Shown here: positions 38,260-48,958 of the stretch, piece by piece
How positions within the stretch are numbered: the stretch's first letter is position 1
Layout: each line of letters starts with the position of its first letter
DNA from: a bacterium
Lineage (GTDB): Bacteria > SM23-31
NCBI GenBank assembly: GCA_965249485.1
Contig: OZ252239.1
Location: 3,709,598 to 3,773,597, forward strand
Length of the DNA: 64,000 nucleotides
Direction: 5' to 3'
The notes under the pieces: generated by a model
What the model was told of the DNA's origin: nothing
Seen by the model: only the letters and a program-made list of their open reading frames with translations
Database searches by the model: none
Position numbers and translations under genes: made by a program

Positions 38260-39894
38260 TCATAATAAATCAGAAAAACACACTACACGGATTCTTTTTG
38301 ACTTGTGCCATCTCCGGTTATTTTTCATTTGCTGCTCACTCCGCGGGATCATCTCATCACGCATTGCCGCAAAATATGCCCAACTCGCCAATATTACCGA
38401 AGCCTGCATCAGGTCTTCTTCTACCAGCCGGTCATACACATCCATGTTGGTATGCAAAAGCGTGGTAAAGAACTCAAGATCATCCTGGATGAACTGAAAT
38501 CCCGGCAGACCGGCCCGGATAAAATCGAGATGGTCGGAACCACCGGTATTGCCAGGGACCAAATAGGTCATACCGACGTCGTGGAAGGGTTTCATCCATT
38601 CTTCAAAAATCGGACGAGCAAGATCATTTCCCTGTAAGAATATGCCACGGAATCGTCCGTACCAGTCCATATTGAAATAGACCGAAAATTTATCGTGTTC
38701 AGGAAGTCGGCTTGTAATATCCGGACCGCCGAAATTCTGCTCGACGTATGCACTCGATCCGCGATGACCGACTTCTTCAGAACCTCAGAGGACCGCACGA
38801 ATGGTGCGGCGCGGCTGTGCACCGGTTTTTTTGAGAATTCGCATCGCTTCCATGACGGCTGCTGAACCTGCTGCGTTGTCTGTTGCACCGGTCCCGGCAG
38901 GTTTTGCATCGTAGTGGCCGCCGATCATGACGATTTCGTCACGGAGGTCTGTTCCCGGTATCTCTGCGATGACATTATAGTCATTAAGGTCTTCTTCCTC
39001 GTAATAATTGCTGATTTCAACTTCCATTTCGACATCGATACCTTTTTCGAGTACACGCACCACCCTGTTGTAGTGCTCAGCCGACATGATAATCTCGGAA
39101 ATGGGTCTTGGAGCATCTAACGGCAACGGACAGCCGCCGGCAACTAAAACGACACCTTTGTCGAAAGGTCCCGTACCGCTTCTACCCGGTGATACAAGAA
39201 CAGCTGCACCTTCTGATTCAAAAAATGCATTAAGATTGCCACGGGAAAGCGGTTCCTTGACATTACCCTGCTGAAGCTGATAGAATTCGTCCTGAGAGAT
39301 CGAAACAGTGTTTTCTTCCGGCACCACATGCAATTCAGCCATACCTTCAAGTTCTTCTTCTGACAAACGGACAGCAACGGGATTGAATTGCAGCTCAAGC
39401 TTCCGTTTCGGCATGGTGAAAACAATTTTATTACGGAGTTTACCGCGATATTGATTGAGGTCTGCCTCAGAATATATTTCCTGCGTATTGATGTGAACGA
39501 CATTGCTGATGATTTTGCCGTCAGTTTTACGTGTCCACGGTAGCGGGTAAGCGATAACTGGCTGATATTCCGGTTTATGCATATGGACCGAGGTGTATCT
39601 GTTTTCCCAGCCGATCCCTAACTGACCGTACGCCCGCAACTCGGCAGAAATACCGTATTCTCTGAATTTATCGGTTGCCCATCGTGCTGAACGGTTGTAG
39701 CTCGGGGAATTCGATAGGCGTGGACCATAGACATCGGTCATATAACTCGCAATGTCCATCACCTGCGATCTGTTAAAACCTTCATCTCTGAACTTGTCTG
39801 CCATCTCATAATCAATCACTTCCTGAGCACGGACCAGCGAAACGGAAACAAGCACTGTCAGTGTCAGTACCATAATCGCTTCCAATGTTTTCAT
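38260..39894 (-). pseudogene. M28 (carboxypeptidase Q-like) peptidase interrupted by an in-frame TGA at 38785-87
   Basis: Reads RAVL*GSEE where paralogs have RAALWGGEE and RFAFWGGEE. The frame stays open to HTNMD and the stop at 38260. Confidence 0.85.
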
Positions 39895-40187
39895 AGTATA
39901 ATACTCCTTACGAATGGTTAATGTGTTGAAAAATTATAATAAGATTTGAGGCAATTAATATTGAATTGTAATAGCTATAATATTGTGCGAGTAGAAACTA
40001 TAATGTGACAATAATAATTGATTTAATCAAGGAAAATCCAGCTGATTACGGACTATATAGGCATAAACCAAGTGCCGCCATAGAGACTCAATAAAATCAC
40101 AGGCAGGATTTCTATTATATTCTGTTTATAGCGCATTAAGTAATAATAAACGTTGTCATATTTCCTGCAAAAGTTTTAGCAACCATC

Positions 40188-41816
40188 TTATTCCAGCAGC
40201 TTCTCCATTTCATCTGACAGGCCGGTGAGTTCCCAGCGTGTGAGGGCTATAGGGATCATACCTGCCCCAAAAAAGCCATCCATCAGGTCTTGCAGGACAA
40301 AGTCATCTCCGAGCTGGCTGCCGCGGTCTGCAATAATTTTCAGCAATTGAATTTTGCCAAGCACCATTCCCATATGCCAACCCGGATGCCGGAGCGTTGT
40401 TTCCATTTCATACCACACTTCAAATCCATCAGGTAGCATCCAATTATATGGCGTTGATTCATAACAGTATTCGAACGACTCCTCAAGATTGAATTCGTTG
40501 CTGTGGAGTTTCAGGTCTGCAATAGCACGGACAGACCGGAAGGCCATCATGATGTAGTTAATTTCACGCCCTTGTGGATATTTGTCTAGTAGTCCGGAAT
40601 GCATGAAAATCTCTTCGAGTGCATATGAAACCCCCTCGGACCGAATCATGTCCATCGCATAGAGACGGCGGCCGCCTCTGATCGGCCGTGTATCACGTCG
40701 AGCACGAAGCCCGTCAAAATTATGACCGAGGAATTCGTGAACAAGCGGTGACGGGAGCGGATTCCTATCTTCGGCTTCCTCAAAGAAATCGCGAACCGTA
40801 CCACCCTGTCTGCCTTCGAAATTTACCCATGCTTTCGGTGGTACCGGTTTCAGATAATCGGGAATGGTAAACATCTCGTTATTTTCCAGAAAATCAAGGA
40901 GATGTCGCTGGTAGTAATAGTAACGGGCAAAATAGGCTTCCTCAGTTGGAGTCGGATCGATCTCGGGAAGACTGCGGTTTCGGAACTGCTCGAGTTTAAG
41001 TGTAGCGAGTGCGCGGTTATATTCATGTTCCATTATGGTCATAAGTTCATCCCACGTATAAGGCACAAGCTGCACATTCTTCATCCACCAGTTGTAGTTC
41101 TCCTTGCCGAGACCAGCCGGTTCGGTCATAGAACTCAGGTTTTCTTCAAGCCATGTGTCGTATTCCTCGATTGCTGCAACAGCACGTTCAGCATCGGGAA
41201 CAAACTCAGGATGGTGTTGTGTGACTCCATTGACAATATTTTTGTAGATTCCAATATCGTTTTCGAGAAAGTGGATAGCAAATGCTGCAAGATCACCCGA
41301 TGCCTCGGATAGATTCGCTTTTGCTTGTTCAAAAATCACAGGTACTGCTTTGAGTTTCATGGTAAAATCCGGCAGTTCAGCCTCACTGACCGGAAAATCA
41401 GAAGTTCGGAGTGCTCCGTACCGGGTCGGACCCGCACCGCCTTGCGACTGGAGATAAAAGGCCGGATCGCGTGACCACGGCTTCCGGACTCTGTGATCGA
41501 ATTCGAACCCGTTCATTTCTGCCCGAACAATATGGTAATCGACTTGCTGTGAAACCGGCCATGTACTGATATTGATTGCATTCAGACGCCCCCTGAATGA
41601 CATCAGTCCTGAAAATTGATCACGCATAGCTGCGGGTGTGTAATCTGGTACTCCGTTCACGACATTCGGAATCAGATATTCACGGAATTCGCGTGAAAGA
41701 GTCAGCAAATCTTCATAGTCAGAAGTCTCCTGTACTCCACCTGAATCGGAACCTGGTGCCGAACATGAATATGCAAAAAGCAAGCACAATGAAAAAACGG
41801 TAATGATTCGAATCAT
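40188..41816 (-). CDS. DUF885-like lipoprotein
   Basis: Lipobox AYS-C, RAEMNGFEF..PWSRDPAFY, HEFLGH, RSEG, GKIQL. Confidence 0.7.
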   Translation of the reverse strand: MIRIITVFSLCLLFAYSCSAPGSDSGGVQETSDYEDLLTLSREFREYLIPNVVNGVPDYTPAAMRDQFSGLMSFRGRLNAINISTWPVSQQVDYHIVRAEMNGFEFDHRVRKPWSRDPAFYLQSQGGAGPTRYGALRTSDFPVSEAELPDFTMKLKAVPVIFEQAKANLSEASGDLAAFAIHFLENDIGIYKNIVNGVTQHHPEFVPDAERAVAAIEEYDTWLEENLSSMTEPAGLGKENYNWWMKNVQLVPYTWDELMTIMEHEYNRALATLKLEQFRNRSLPEIDPTPTEEAYFARYYYYQRHLLDFLENNEMFTIPDYLKPVPPKAWVNFEGRQGGTVRDFFEEAEDRNPLPSPLVHEFLGHNFDGLRARRDTRPIRGGRRLYAMDMIRSEGVSYALEEIFMHSGLLDKYPQGREINYIMMAFRSVRAIADLKLHSNEFNLEESFEYCYESTPYNWMLPDGFEVWYEMETTLRHPGWHMGMVLGKIQLLKIIADRGSQLGDDFVLQDLMDGFFGAGMIPIALTRWELTGLSDEMEKLLE

Positions 41817-41879
41817 GGTTCTCCTCCTTAATTATCATGGAGAAACGTCGAATAAATTATACATTCTATTAATTTTGAA

Positions 41880-43346
41880 TTATTTAAAATTACCACTCTT
41901 ATCCATGACATCGAGCAGTCCATCTTCCTTCATGATCTTTTCGATATCTTCAATCGTTTTCGGAATAAAATCCGACATAATCTCGATACCCGTTTCGGTT
42001 ATAAGAATGACATCTTCTATACTCAAGTAAATCTGCTCTTCGGGAATTGTCCGATCCGGTTCGACCGTAAACATCATCCCAGGCTCCAACACCCCAACAC
42101 TGTGCCCGACGTCATGAGCTGCCATTCCAAGCCAGTGACCGAGCCGTGCATTCGGACGTTGGGCAATTTCACGATATTCGTCTATCCATCGTTCTGCGGC
42201 TTTTGCGTAGAGCGGATTGGAAAACGAAGTAGTTTCGAGCATTTTTTCCATCGATTCGACTGCTTCAAGCATAATAGTCTGTGCTGTGACACCCGGACGG
42301 ATCCGTTCAAGGACACTCGAATGGAAATCGAGATAAAACTGGTAGTATTCTCGCTGTGCCGGAGAGAATTTGCCGTTCACCGGCCACATACGGGTAACAT
42401 CACTGACGTAATAACCAATATCGGGTGCATAATCCATGAGGAGCAGTTCTCCATTCTCAAGAAGAGATTTTTTTGCGTTATAATGAGGAACATAGGCATT
42501 GATACCGGCAGAAACGAGTGAATAGTATGCGTCACCTTGTGCTCCATAGCGGTAAAACACGAGTTTAGCAAGCGCATCGAGCTCATATTCATACAAGCCG
42601 GGACGCGTCGAGCGCATCGCCTCAATCAGTGCAAGACCCGATATACGTGTGGAATTGCGAATCATCTCGATTTCACGTGGACTTTTAATAAGCCGGAGCC
42701 GGTCGGTAATTGGTGAAAAGTCTTTGAGTGTAAATTGTGGAAACCGCTCACGCATTATGTTCACAAAATGTACCTTCCTTGACGGCCTGCCATCCCAGGG
42801 ATCGCTCGCAACATCACCGGATGCGCGGATTACTATATCTCGACTGGCTGCATAATTTTCTGCAGGCGCATACTGCATGAACACTGTGATGGGATTCGAA
42901 CGACGAGCTAAATTCGTCAAATGGACCGCGAGCTGGTCAGTTCCGGCAACATTTTCAATGCCGGTCGTTTCCCGTACGAATTCGGGATTACTTGCAGACA
43001 ACATTGTCCCTTCCCACGCCATTCTGCCTTCGTCCGCATGCGCAAGATAAAGTGTCGTTCTCTTTCTTGTACCGTCAAGGAGCAGATAGGCGTGCGGACT
43101 TTCAACACAGGAGAGATAATAAAAAGTGTTGTCCTGTCGGAACGTTATATATCCAAGAGGATTTGCAGCACCCTGCAATAGCGCTATAGCATTATCTCCG
43201 ATGGCATCATACACCTTTTCACGCCGTTCTTCAAATTCTTCAGGCGGAAAATCCTGTCGAAAAACCGGATATTCTTTTTGGGCAAAAACCGATGTGCTGA
43301 TGAATAAGGTGATACTAACGGTTATAAGGATTTTCATAATCTTCAT
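41880..43346 (-). CDS. Secreted Xaa-Pro aminopeptidase (aminopeptidase P, M24B)
   Basis: RREKV N-domain, RLIKSPREI, MDYAP, SDVTRMWP, GHWLG..HDVG, TVEP, IEDVIL. ATG 43346 after AAGGGA. Confidence 0.88.
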   Translation of the reverse strand: MKIMKILITVSITLFISTSVFAQKEYPVFRQDFPPEEFEERREKVYDAIGDNAIALLQGAANPLGYITFRQDNTFYYLSCVESPHAYLLLDGTRKRTTLYLAHADEGRMAWEGTMLSASNPEFVRETTGIENVAGTDQLAVHLTNLARRSNPITVFMQYAPAENYAASRDIVIRASGDVASDPWDGRPSRKVHFVNIMRERFPQFTLKDFSPITDRLRLIKSPREIEMIRNSTRISGLALIEAMRSTRPGLYEYELDALAKLVFYRYGAQGDAYYSLVSAGINAYVPHYNAKKSLLENGELLLMDYAPDIGYYVSDVTRMWPVNGKFSPAQREYYQFYLDFHSSVLERIRPGVTAQTIMLEAVESMEKMLETTSFSNPLYAKAAERWIDEYREIAQRPNARLGHWLGMAAHDVGHSVGVLEPGMMFTVEPDRTIPEEQIYLSIEDVILITETGIEIMSDFIPKTIEDIEKIMKEDGLLDVMDKSGNFK

Positions 43347-43613
43347 ATTATACATTCCCTTCTTATTACACGTACACTGCTTTCGGAATAACCGCTCGTT
43401 TAACCGGCAAAACCGCAAATTTCAGTATCAAATGTAAGAAGAATTCTGTGTGGTTTTGTCAGTGTTGAAATGAGTGTTGGCCGTTTGTTTGTTGTACATT
43501 ACGAACGTGCTCTACTTGGATTTCATATTGCTTCATGATCAATCCTTGCTTTCTTTTGAAGAATCAAGGTTGTAATCCAAGTCAACTATAATCGTATTAT
43601 TAATGATCAACTT

Positions 43614-45299
43614 TCATCGCTCACCAATCGCCGCTTCTAACATTGACTTGTCTCCGGTGAGTTCCCAGTAAATGAGGGACACTGGAATAATCCCGGCCCG
43701 ATTGAAGTCATCCATGAACTCCTTAAGAACGAATTTGCCTTTTCGCTGGCGGGCATATTCAGCGATCAGCTTCTCAATTTCGATTTTGCCAATCACGTAG
43801 CTGGTACCGTAAGCCGGCTGTTGCAGATAGAACTGCTCTTCATGCTGAATAGTGACGCCTTTAGCAGGGAGCAGACTCCAAGGCGTCCATTTCGAGGCGA
43901 ACTGCGTTGCCTCATCGAAGGTCATCTCCAAGCCGTGTTGGTACAGACCGCCGAGACCGCGTGCGGCACGTTGGGCAAGGAGTATCCAGATAAGCTCGCG
44001 AGCCCGGGGTTTGTCGTCCAACATTCCTGCGTGCATCATCATTTCTTCCATGCCAGTGGCCATGCCCTCGGCGCGGCCGTCAAAGATATTGTAGAGCAGC
44101 GGTGTGTTGCGAATAGGGCTCTCGTTCGGCTCGTAGCGCATGCGTGCCAGGTCGAACCAGTGATAGTGATGTGTACGCATTGTGATCGGGCTGCGATAAA
44201 TGATCTCATCGAAGAAATCTCGGATTCCTTCAGACGGTGTAAAGCTTCCCATCCGGGCACGCAGTGCTGCGTCCATATAATCTTTGATGGGGACAATTTC
44301 TTCCTCTGAAATGAAATCCATATATTCCGTAACGGCTTCATTCAGAAGGCGGTTGTAATCTTCGGTATTGTCTATATTGGAAAGCCTGGGCAGATCGCGG
44401 TTGCGGTTTTCCTCCAGCCGCAGCGAGCTGTGCGAACGTGCCAACTCGCGCTGCAAGAGCAGCACTTCGTCTTCCCATGAATACGGGAGAAGATGGACGT
44501 TTCTGAGGTTCCAGGTATGATTGCTTTTGCCTACACCGGATGGTCCTGTTTTGTTGGCGGAGCGTATTTCCAGCCAATCCGCGAATTTGTTAGATGCATC
44601 ACGCACCTCGCGTGCGGCATTTGCCAGGTCTGGGTGCGAATTGGCAACCGATTCGGCGAAGGTTTCAAAGTTGTCACTCTGTTCGCGGATGCTGCGTGTA
44701 CCGGTCACCCACAAATCGCGGGCGATGCCGGTTAGATTTGTCCTCGCCTGGTTAAAGAGTTCAGGCGCCTTGCGGAGCCGGGCAGCTATTTCTGTGGCAT
44801 CTGTCTCGGAGAGCGGCCGCTTATAGTTCGGTAGTTCGATATTTCCATGAATGTTGGGCCCTTCACGTTCGGGAACATCCGTCGGGGAAGGATAAAACCA
44901 AACGTAGAAAGCCGGACTTCTCGACCACGGCTTCTTGACCCGGTGGGCAAAATCGAGCCCGTTCATTTCGGCCCAGACCAGGTACCAATCGATCTGATGT
45001 GCGATTGACCATCCGCTCTTGTCAAAGGCGGCCAGACGGCTCTGCCAATCTGCAAGTTCGCGATGCTGACGCTCCATAGCTTCCTTCGTGTAATCCGGAA
45101 CTCCATTAATCATCTTTGGTGCCTGGAATTCACGCCAGGCAAAAAAGAAGTCGACAAGCTCTTCGTGTGTCGTCAGTGAAGAAATGGGTTGGAAGACCGG
45201 ATCGGCATTTGGCGACAGTTCTAATTGCGCATGAAGACCTGTATAAAAAAACAGAATAATCCCACTTAGTAATCCCGAAACGATCACTTTTTTCAACAT
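43614..45299 (-). CDS. DUF885-like secreted protein lacking the HExxxH glutamate
   Basis: Colinear with 40188-41816 (AEMNGLDF..PWSRSPAFY). RTHHYHWFD at the metal site, RAEG, SYVIGKIE. ATG 45299 after GAGGAGG. Confidence 0.7.
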   Translation of the reverse strand: MLKKVIVSGLLSGIILFFYTGLHAQLELSPNADPVFQPISSLTTHEELVDFFFAWREFQAPKMINGVPDYTKEAMERQHRELADWQSRLAAFDKSGWSIAHQIDWYLVWAEMNGLDFAHRVKKPWSRSPAFYVWFYPSPTDVPEREGPNIHGNIELPNYKRPLSETDATEIAARLRKAPELFNQARTNLTGIARDLWVTGTRSIREQSDNFETFAESVANSHPDLANAAREVRDASNKFADWLEIRSANKTGPSGVGKSNHTWNLRNVHLLPYSWEDEVLLLQRELARSHSSLRLEENRNRDLPRLSNIDNTEDYNRLLNEAVTEYMDFISEEEIVPIKDYMDAALRARMGSFTPSEGIRDFFDEIIYRSPITMRTHHYHWFDLARMRYEPNESPIRNTPLLYNIFDGRAEGMATGMEEMMMHAGMLDDKPRARELIWILLAQRAARGLGGLYQHGLEMTFDEATQFASKWTPWSLLPAKGVTIQHEEQFYLQQPAYGTSYVIGKIEIEKLIAEYARQRKGKFVLKEFMDDFNRAGIIPVSLIYWELTGDKSMLEAAIGER

Positions 45300-45641
45300 G
45301 ATCATCCTCCTCAATTCATGCTACGAAATGACGGTTCTTTTATTGCATTGTCACTCAGATTGAACTGTATAACAATATATTATATATACATAATGTTATA
45401 CATTACAGTAAATGCAGCGTGTTCGTGAATTGGTAAAAAAAGATTTTTAATAATGGGGAAAAATGTGTATTATTGAATGATCCGGTACGAATGTTGATAA
45501 AAGATTATAGCTATAAATTCGCAAAAAATCAATAGTATTCACGAAGACATCACACCACGCACTTTCTAAGTACAAATCTATAAATCCGTTATTCAAATTA
45601 TTCAGGAAATCCAAGCAAATCTTGAAGAGGAGGGTAGTTTC

Positions 45642-47165
45642 ATGCATCGTACTATTTCATGTCTGTTTTCAGCTCTGAGTATTGCTATAGTGAGCTTTCC
45701 TGTGCAAGCACAGGAATCAATTTACTGGGATGTTGTACAAGATATCCGTGAAGAAGGAATTCAAAATTCGCAAGTGATGGATATTGCCAGTTACATGACC
45801 GATGTGTACGGTCCAAGACTCGCCAATTCGACGTCGTATAAAGAGTCAGCAGAATGGGCTAAAAAGCGTTTTGAATCAGACGGATTATCGAATGCTGTGG
45901 TCGAACCATACGGTGATTTCGGCGTAAGCTGGAATGTTAATTTTGTATCCGTTCACATGCTCAGTCCGCAGTACATGCCGGTTATTGCTTATCCGAATAC
46001 TTGGTCAAAGGGAACTAATGGCGAAATCAGAGGAAAAGCTGTCTATATTAATGCCGATAGAATTGCATCAGCTTCCGAACTATCGCAGTACCGGGGTAAA
46101 CTGCGCAATGCCATTGTATTTATTGAGCCGATTCAGGTACTGTCTCCGGCGTGGAACCCTCTTGCGGTCAGGTACAGTGATGAAGATTTAGATAATCTCT
46201 CACAGACGAACATTACTGCACTGATGCCACGTGAGTTCGAACAACGCAGAGTGTCAGAGGGATTGCCGAAGAGTGAGGTAATCGATTTTATCTTTTCCGA
46301 AGGTGCCGTAGCTGTAGCCGAACCTGATGGCCGTGAAAATTACGGTACTGTCCTCGTGAATGAAGTTCCCGGCAGAGCATGGGAAAACCTTGATGCGATT
46401 CACCCACCAAACCTCGTGATGGCCGCCGAACATTATAACAGGATTGTCCGCATTCTCGATAAAGGAATCGAGGTTGAATTACTGGTTGATGTCAGGATAT
46501 CCATCACTGATGACCGGATTGATCATAATGTTCTTGCCGAGCTTCCGGGCGGAAATCTCGCTAATGAAATCGTCATGCTGGGCGGTCATCTCGATGCAAA
46601 TTCTGCGGGACAGGGTGCCACTGACAATGCTTCCGGAGCAGCAGTTGTGATGGAGGCAATGCGTATACTCAAAACAATTGGTGTTTCCCCACGAAGAACA
46701 ATCAGAGCAGCACTCTGGGGAGGTGAAGAATATGGTCTCTTGGGTTCCAAAAAATATGTCGAAGCTTATTTTGGAGGTACCGGGAATACACCGGTTAAAC
46801 CGGATCACAAAAAATTAGCTGTATATATCAATAGAGACGGCGGGGGCGGCAGAATACGCGGAATTAATATGCAGGGTAACGATCAACTTCGTGCAATTCT
46901 TTTGGACTGGTTAAATCCGCTTCGTGATCTCGGTGCTTCCCACTTAACATCGCAGATTTCAGGGAATTCGGATCAAGCCTCGTATAACGACGCGGGACTT
47001 ATCGGGCTTTCGTTTGTACAAGACCCGATTGAACGACGTTCATACCACACAAACATGGATACCTATGACCGTTTTGTACCGGAAGACCTTGTGCAGGCGT
47101 CGGTTGTTATGGCTATTCTCGCCTATCATGCCGCAATGCGAGATGAAATGCTTCCAAGAAAGTAA
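45642..47165 (+). CDS. Secreted M28 (carboxypeptidase Q-like) peptidase
   Basis: TDVYGPRL, GGHLD, GATDNASG, WGGEE, NRD, HTNMDT. Confidence 0.88.
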   Translation: MHRTISCLFSALSIAIVSFPVQAQESIYWDVVQDIREEGIQNSQVMDIASYMTDVYGPRLANSTSYKESAEWAKKRFESDGLSNAVVEPYGDFGVSWNVNFVSVHMLSPQYMPVIAYPNTWSKGTNGEIRGKAVYINADRIASASELSQYRGKLRNAIVFIEPIQVLSPAWNPLAVRYSDEDLDNLSQTNITALMPREFEQRRVSEGLPKSEVIDFIFSEGAVAVAEPDGRENYGTVLVNEVPGRAWENLDAIHPPNLVMAAEHYNRIVRILDKGIEVELLVDVRISITDDRIDHNVLAELPGGNLANEIVMLGGHLDANSAGQGATDNASGAAVVMEAMRILKTIGVSPRRTIRAALWGGEEYGLLGSKKYVEAYFGGTGNTPVKPDHKKLAVYINRDGGGGRIRGINMQGNDQLRAILLDWLNPLRDLGASHLTSQISGNSDQASYNDAGLIGLSFVQDPIERRSYHTNMDTYDRFVPEDLVQASVVMAILAYHAAMRDEMLPRK

Positions 47166-47254
47166 AGGTAATAAAAGTCTTGTTCATTATCTCTACTGAG
47201 TGATATAACTAATCCGGACAATCAATTCATCTAATATTATTCCAGGAGAAGATC

Positions 47255-48940
47255 ATGGCTATTCAATCCGGTCAGCACAGTAATTGTTACGGACGTTTAG
47301 GCAGATTTTTATTACCCGTATTTTTGATCGTTCTGTTAAACTTTTCAGCTGTTTTAGGGCAAGATAACTCCGGTTCCGGTAGGGGGTTTTCCGTATCATT
47401 CAGCAAATCAGTGAGTGATGAACCAATTTCAGGTAGAATTATCCTGCTGTTGTCACGGACAGAGGAATTTGATACCGACGGTTATTTTAACGGTACACCG
47501 ATGTTCGGGATTAATGTCGACAATCTTGAACCGGGAACGGAAGTGATGATCGACGAATCGGCAAAGGGCGATCCGCTCAGAAGTATTCGAGATATTCCCG
47601 CTGGCGAGTATTATGCAAAAGCGTATCTGAATATTTATACGACCTTTCACAGGTCAGATGGTCATATCGTCAAACTCCACATGGACCAGGGTGAAGGTCA
47701 GCAATGGCGCATTTCACCGGGAAATCTTTTCAGCGAAACGCAAAAAATATACTTTGATCCGAACGGTTCGGGCTCAATCAATATCGTTATGGATCAGAAA
47801 ATTCCCCCGATTCCACCACCGCAGGATACCGAATGGATCAAGAACATAACGGTCAAAAGCGAACTAGTATCCGAGTTTTGGGGACGTGATATGTATATTG
47901 GTGCCCGTGTCCTGCTTCCGAAAGGATTTTATGAACATCCTGAGGCGCGATACCCCATTGTTTACTGGCACGGTCATTTTTCAACCGGGAATCCCGGTGG
48001 ATTCCAACCGCCTGAGCGTGGTAAAGAGGGTAATGGATTTTATAAAGCCTGGACATCCGATGATTTTCCACGGATGTTCCTTGTAACATTTCAGCATGCC
48101 AATCCTTATTATGACGACTCATACGCAATCAACTCCGAGAATGTCGGACCCTATGGTGATGCGTTTATTGAAGAAGTCATTCCCGAAGTTGAAAGACAGT
48201 TTCGTGCAATCGGGAAGCCCTATTCGCGAGTACTGACCGGGGGTTCGACGGGTGGTTGGGAATCCCTGGCACAAATGGTCTGGTATCCCGATTTTTATGG
48301 CGGCACCTGGACATACTATCCTGATCAGGTCGATTTTCACTACTACCAGCTGGTTGATCTGTATGAGCCGAAAAATACCTACTATATCGAACGTGAATGG
48401 TCGAAAATTCCCATACCGGGCAGCAGACGTACCGATGGTATGCCACGGCATATGATGACAGAGGAAAATTTTAAAGAAGAAGTGACAGGTGACCGGTACC
48501 GTTCAGGCGGCCAGTGGGCAATCTGGAATGCGGTGTTTGGACCGGTCGATGACGACGGTTATCCGAAACCGATTTGGGATCCGTGGACCGGTAAAGTCGA
48601 TCCCGAAACGGCACAATGGGCAATCGATAATTACAATATCACCAATTATCTGCGAAAAAACTGGGAAACTGTTGGGCCGAAGCTTGTCGGAAAGATTAAT
48701 TTATTCTGCGGCAGGATGGATAACTGGTGGATCGAGCAGGCGGTCTATTTGCTCGAGGATTTTCTCAAAACGACCGAGAATCCCCATTATACAGGTAGAT
48801 TTGAATATGGCGTCAAGGGACCGCACGGCTGGGACCCGTGGCGTGAAAAAGGTGACCACGGCGGCATGTACCGGGATATGGCTGAACATATAATGCGAAC
48901 TGCTTCACCGGGTGAAAACACCGCACAGTGGAACTACTAA
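47255..48940 (+). CDS. Secreted alpha/beta-hydrolase (putative esterase family) with N-terminal accessory domain
   Basis: GGSTGG nucleophile elbow, GRMDN, GPHGW. Confidence 0.78.
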   Translation: MAIQSGQHSNCYGRLGRFLLPVFLIVLLNFSAVLGQDNSGSGRGFSVSFSKSVSDEPISGRIILLLSRTEEFDTDGYFNGTPMFGINVDNLEPGTEVMIDESAKGDPLRSIRDIPAGEYYAKAYLNIYTTFHRSDGHIVKLHMDQGEGQQWRISPGNLFSETQKIYFDPNGSGSINIVMDQKIPPIPPPQDTEWIKNITVKSELVSEFWGRDMYIGARVLLPKGFYEHPEARYPIVYWHGHFSTGNPGGFQPPERGKEGNGFYKAWTSDDFPRMFLVTFQHANPYYDDSYAINSENVGPYGDAFIEEVIPEVERQFRAIGKPYSRVLTGGSTGGWESLAQMVWYPDFYGGTWTYYPDQVDFHYYQLVDLYEPKNTYYIEREWSKIPIPGSRRTDGMPRHMMTEENFKEEVTGDRYRSGGQWAIWNAVFGPVDDDGYPKPIWDPWTGKVDPETAQWAIDNYNITNYLRKNWETVGPKLVGKINLFCGRMDNWWIEQAVYLLEDFLKTTENPHYTGRFEYGVKGPHGWDPWREKGDHGGMYRDMAEHIMRTASPGENTAQWNY

Positions 48941-48958
48941 AAGCAGAGAGGAAATTGC

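Noticed and set aside
38785-38787. Genetic code 4/25 or selenocysteine
   Set aside because: pyrR, OTC and other genes end at TGA at their expected C-termini. The aligned residue is Trp, not Cys, and no SECIS-like stem is evident.
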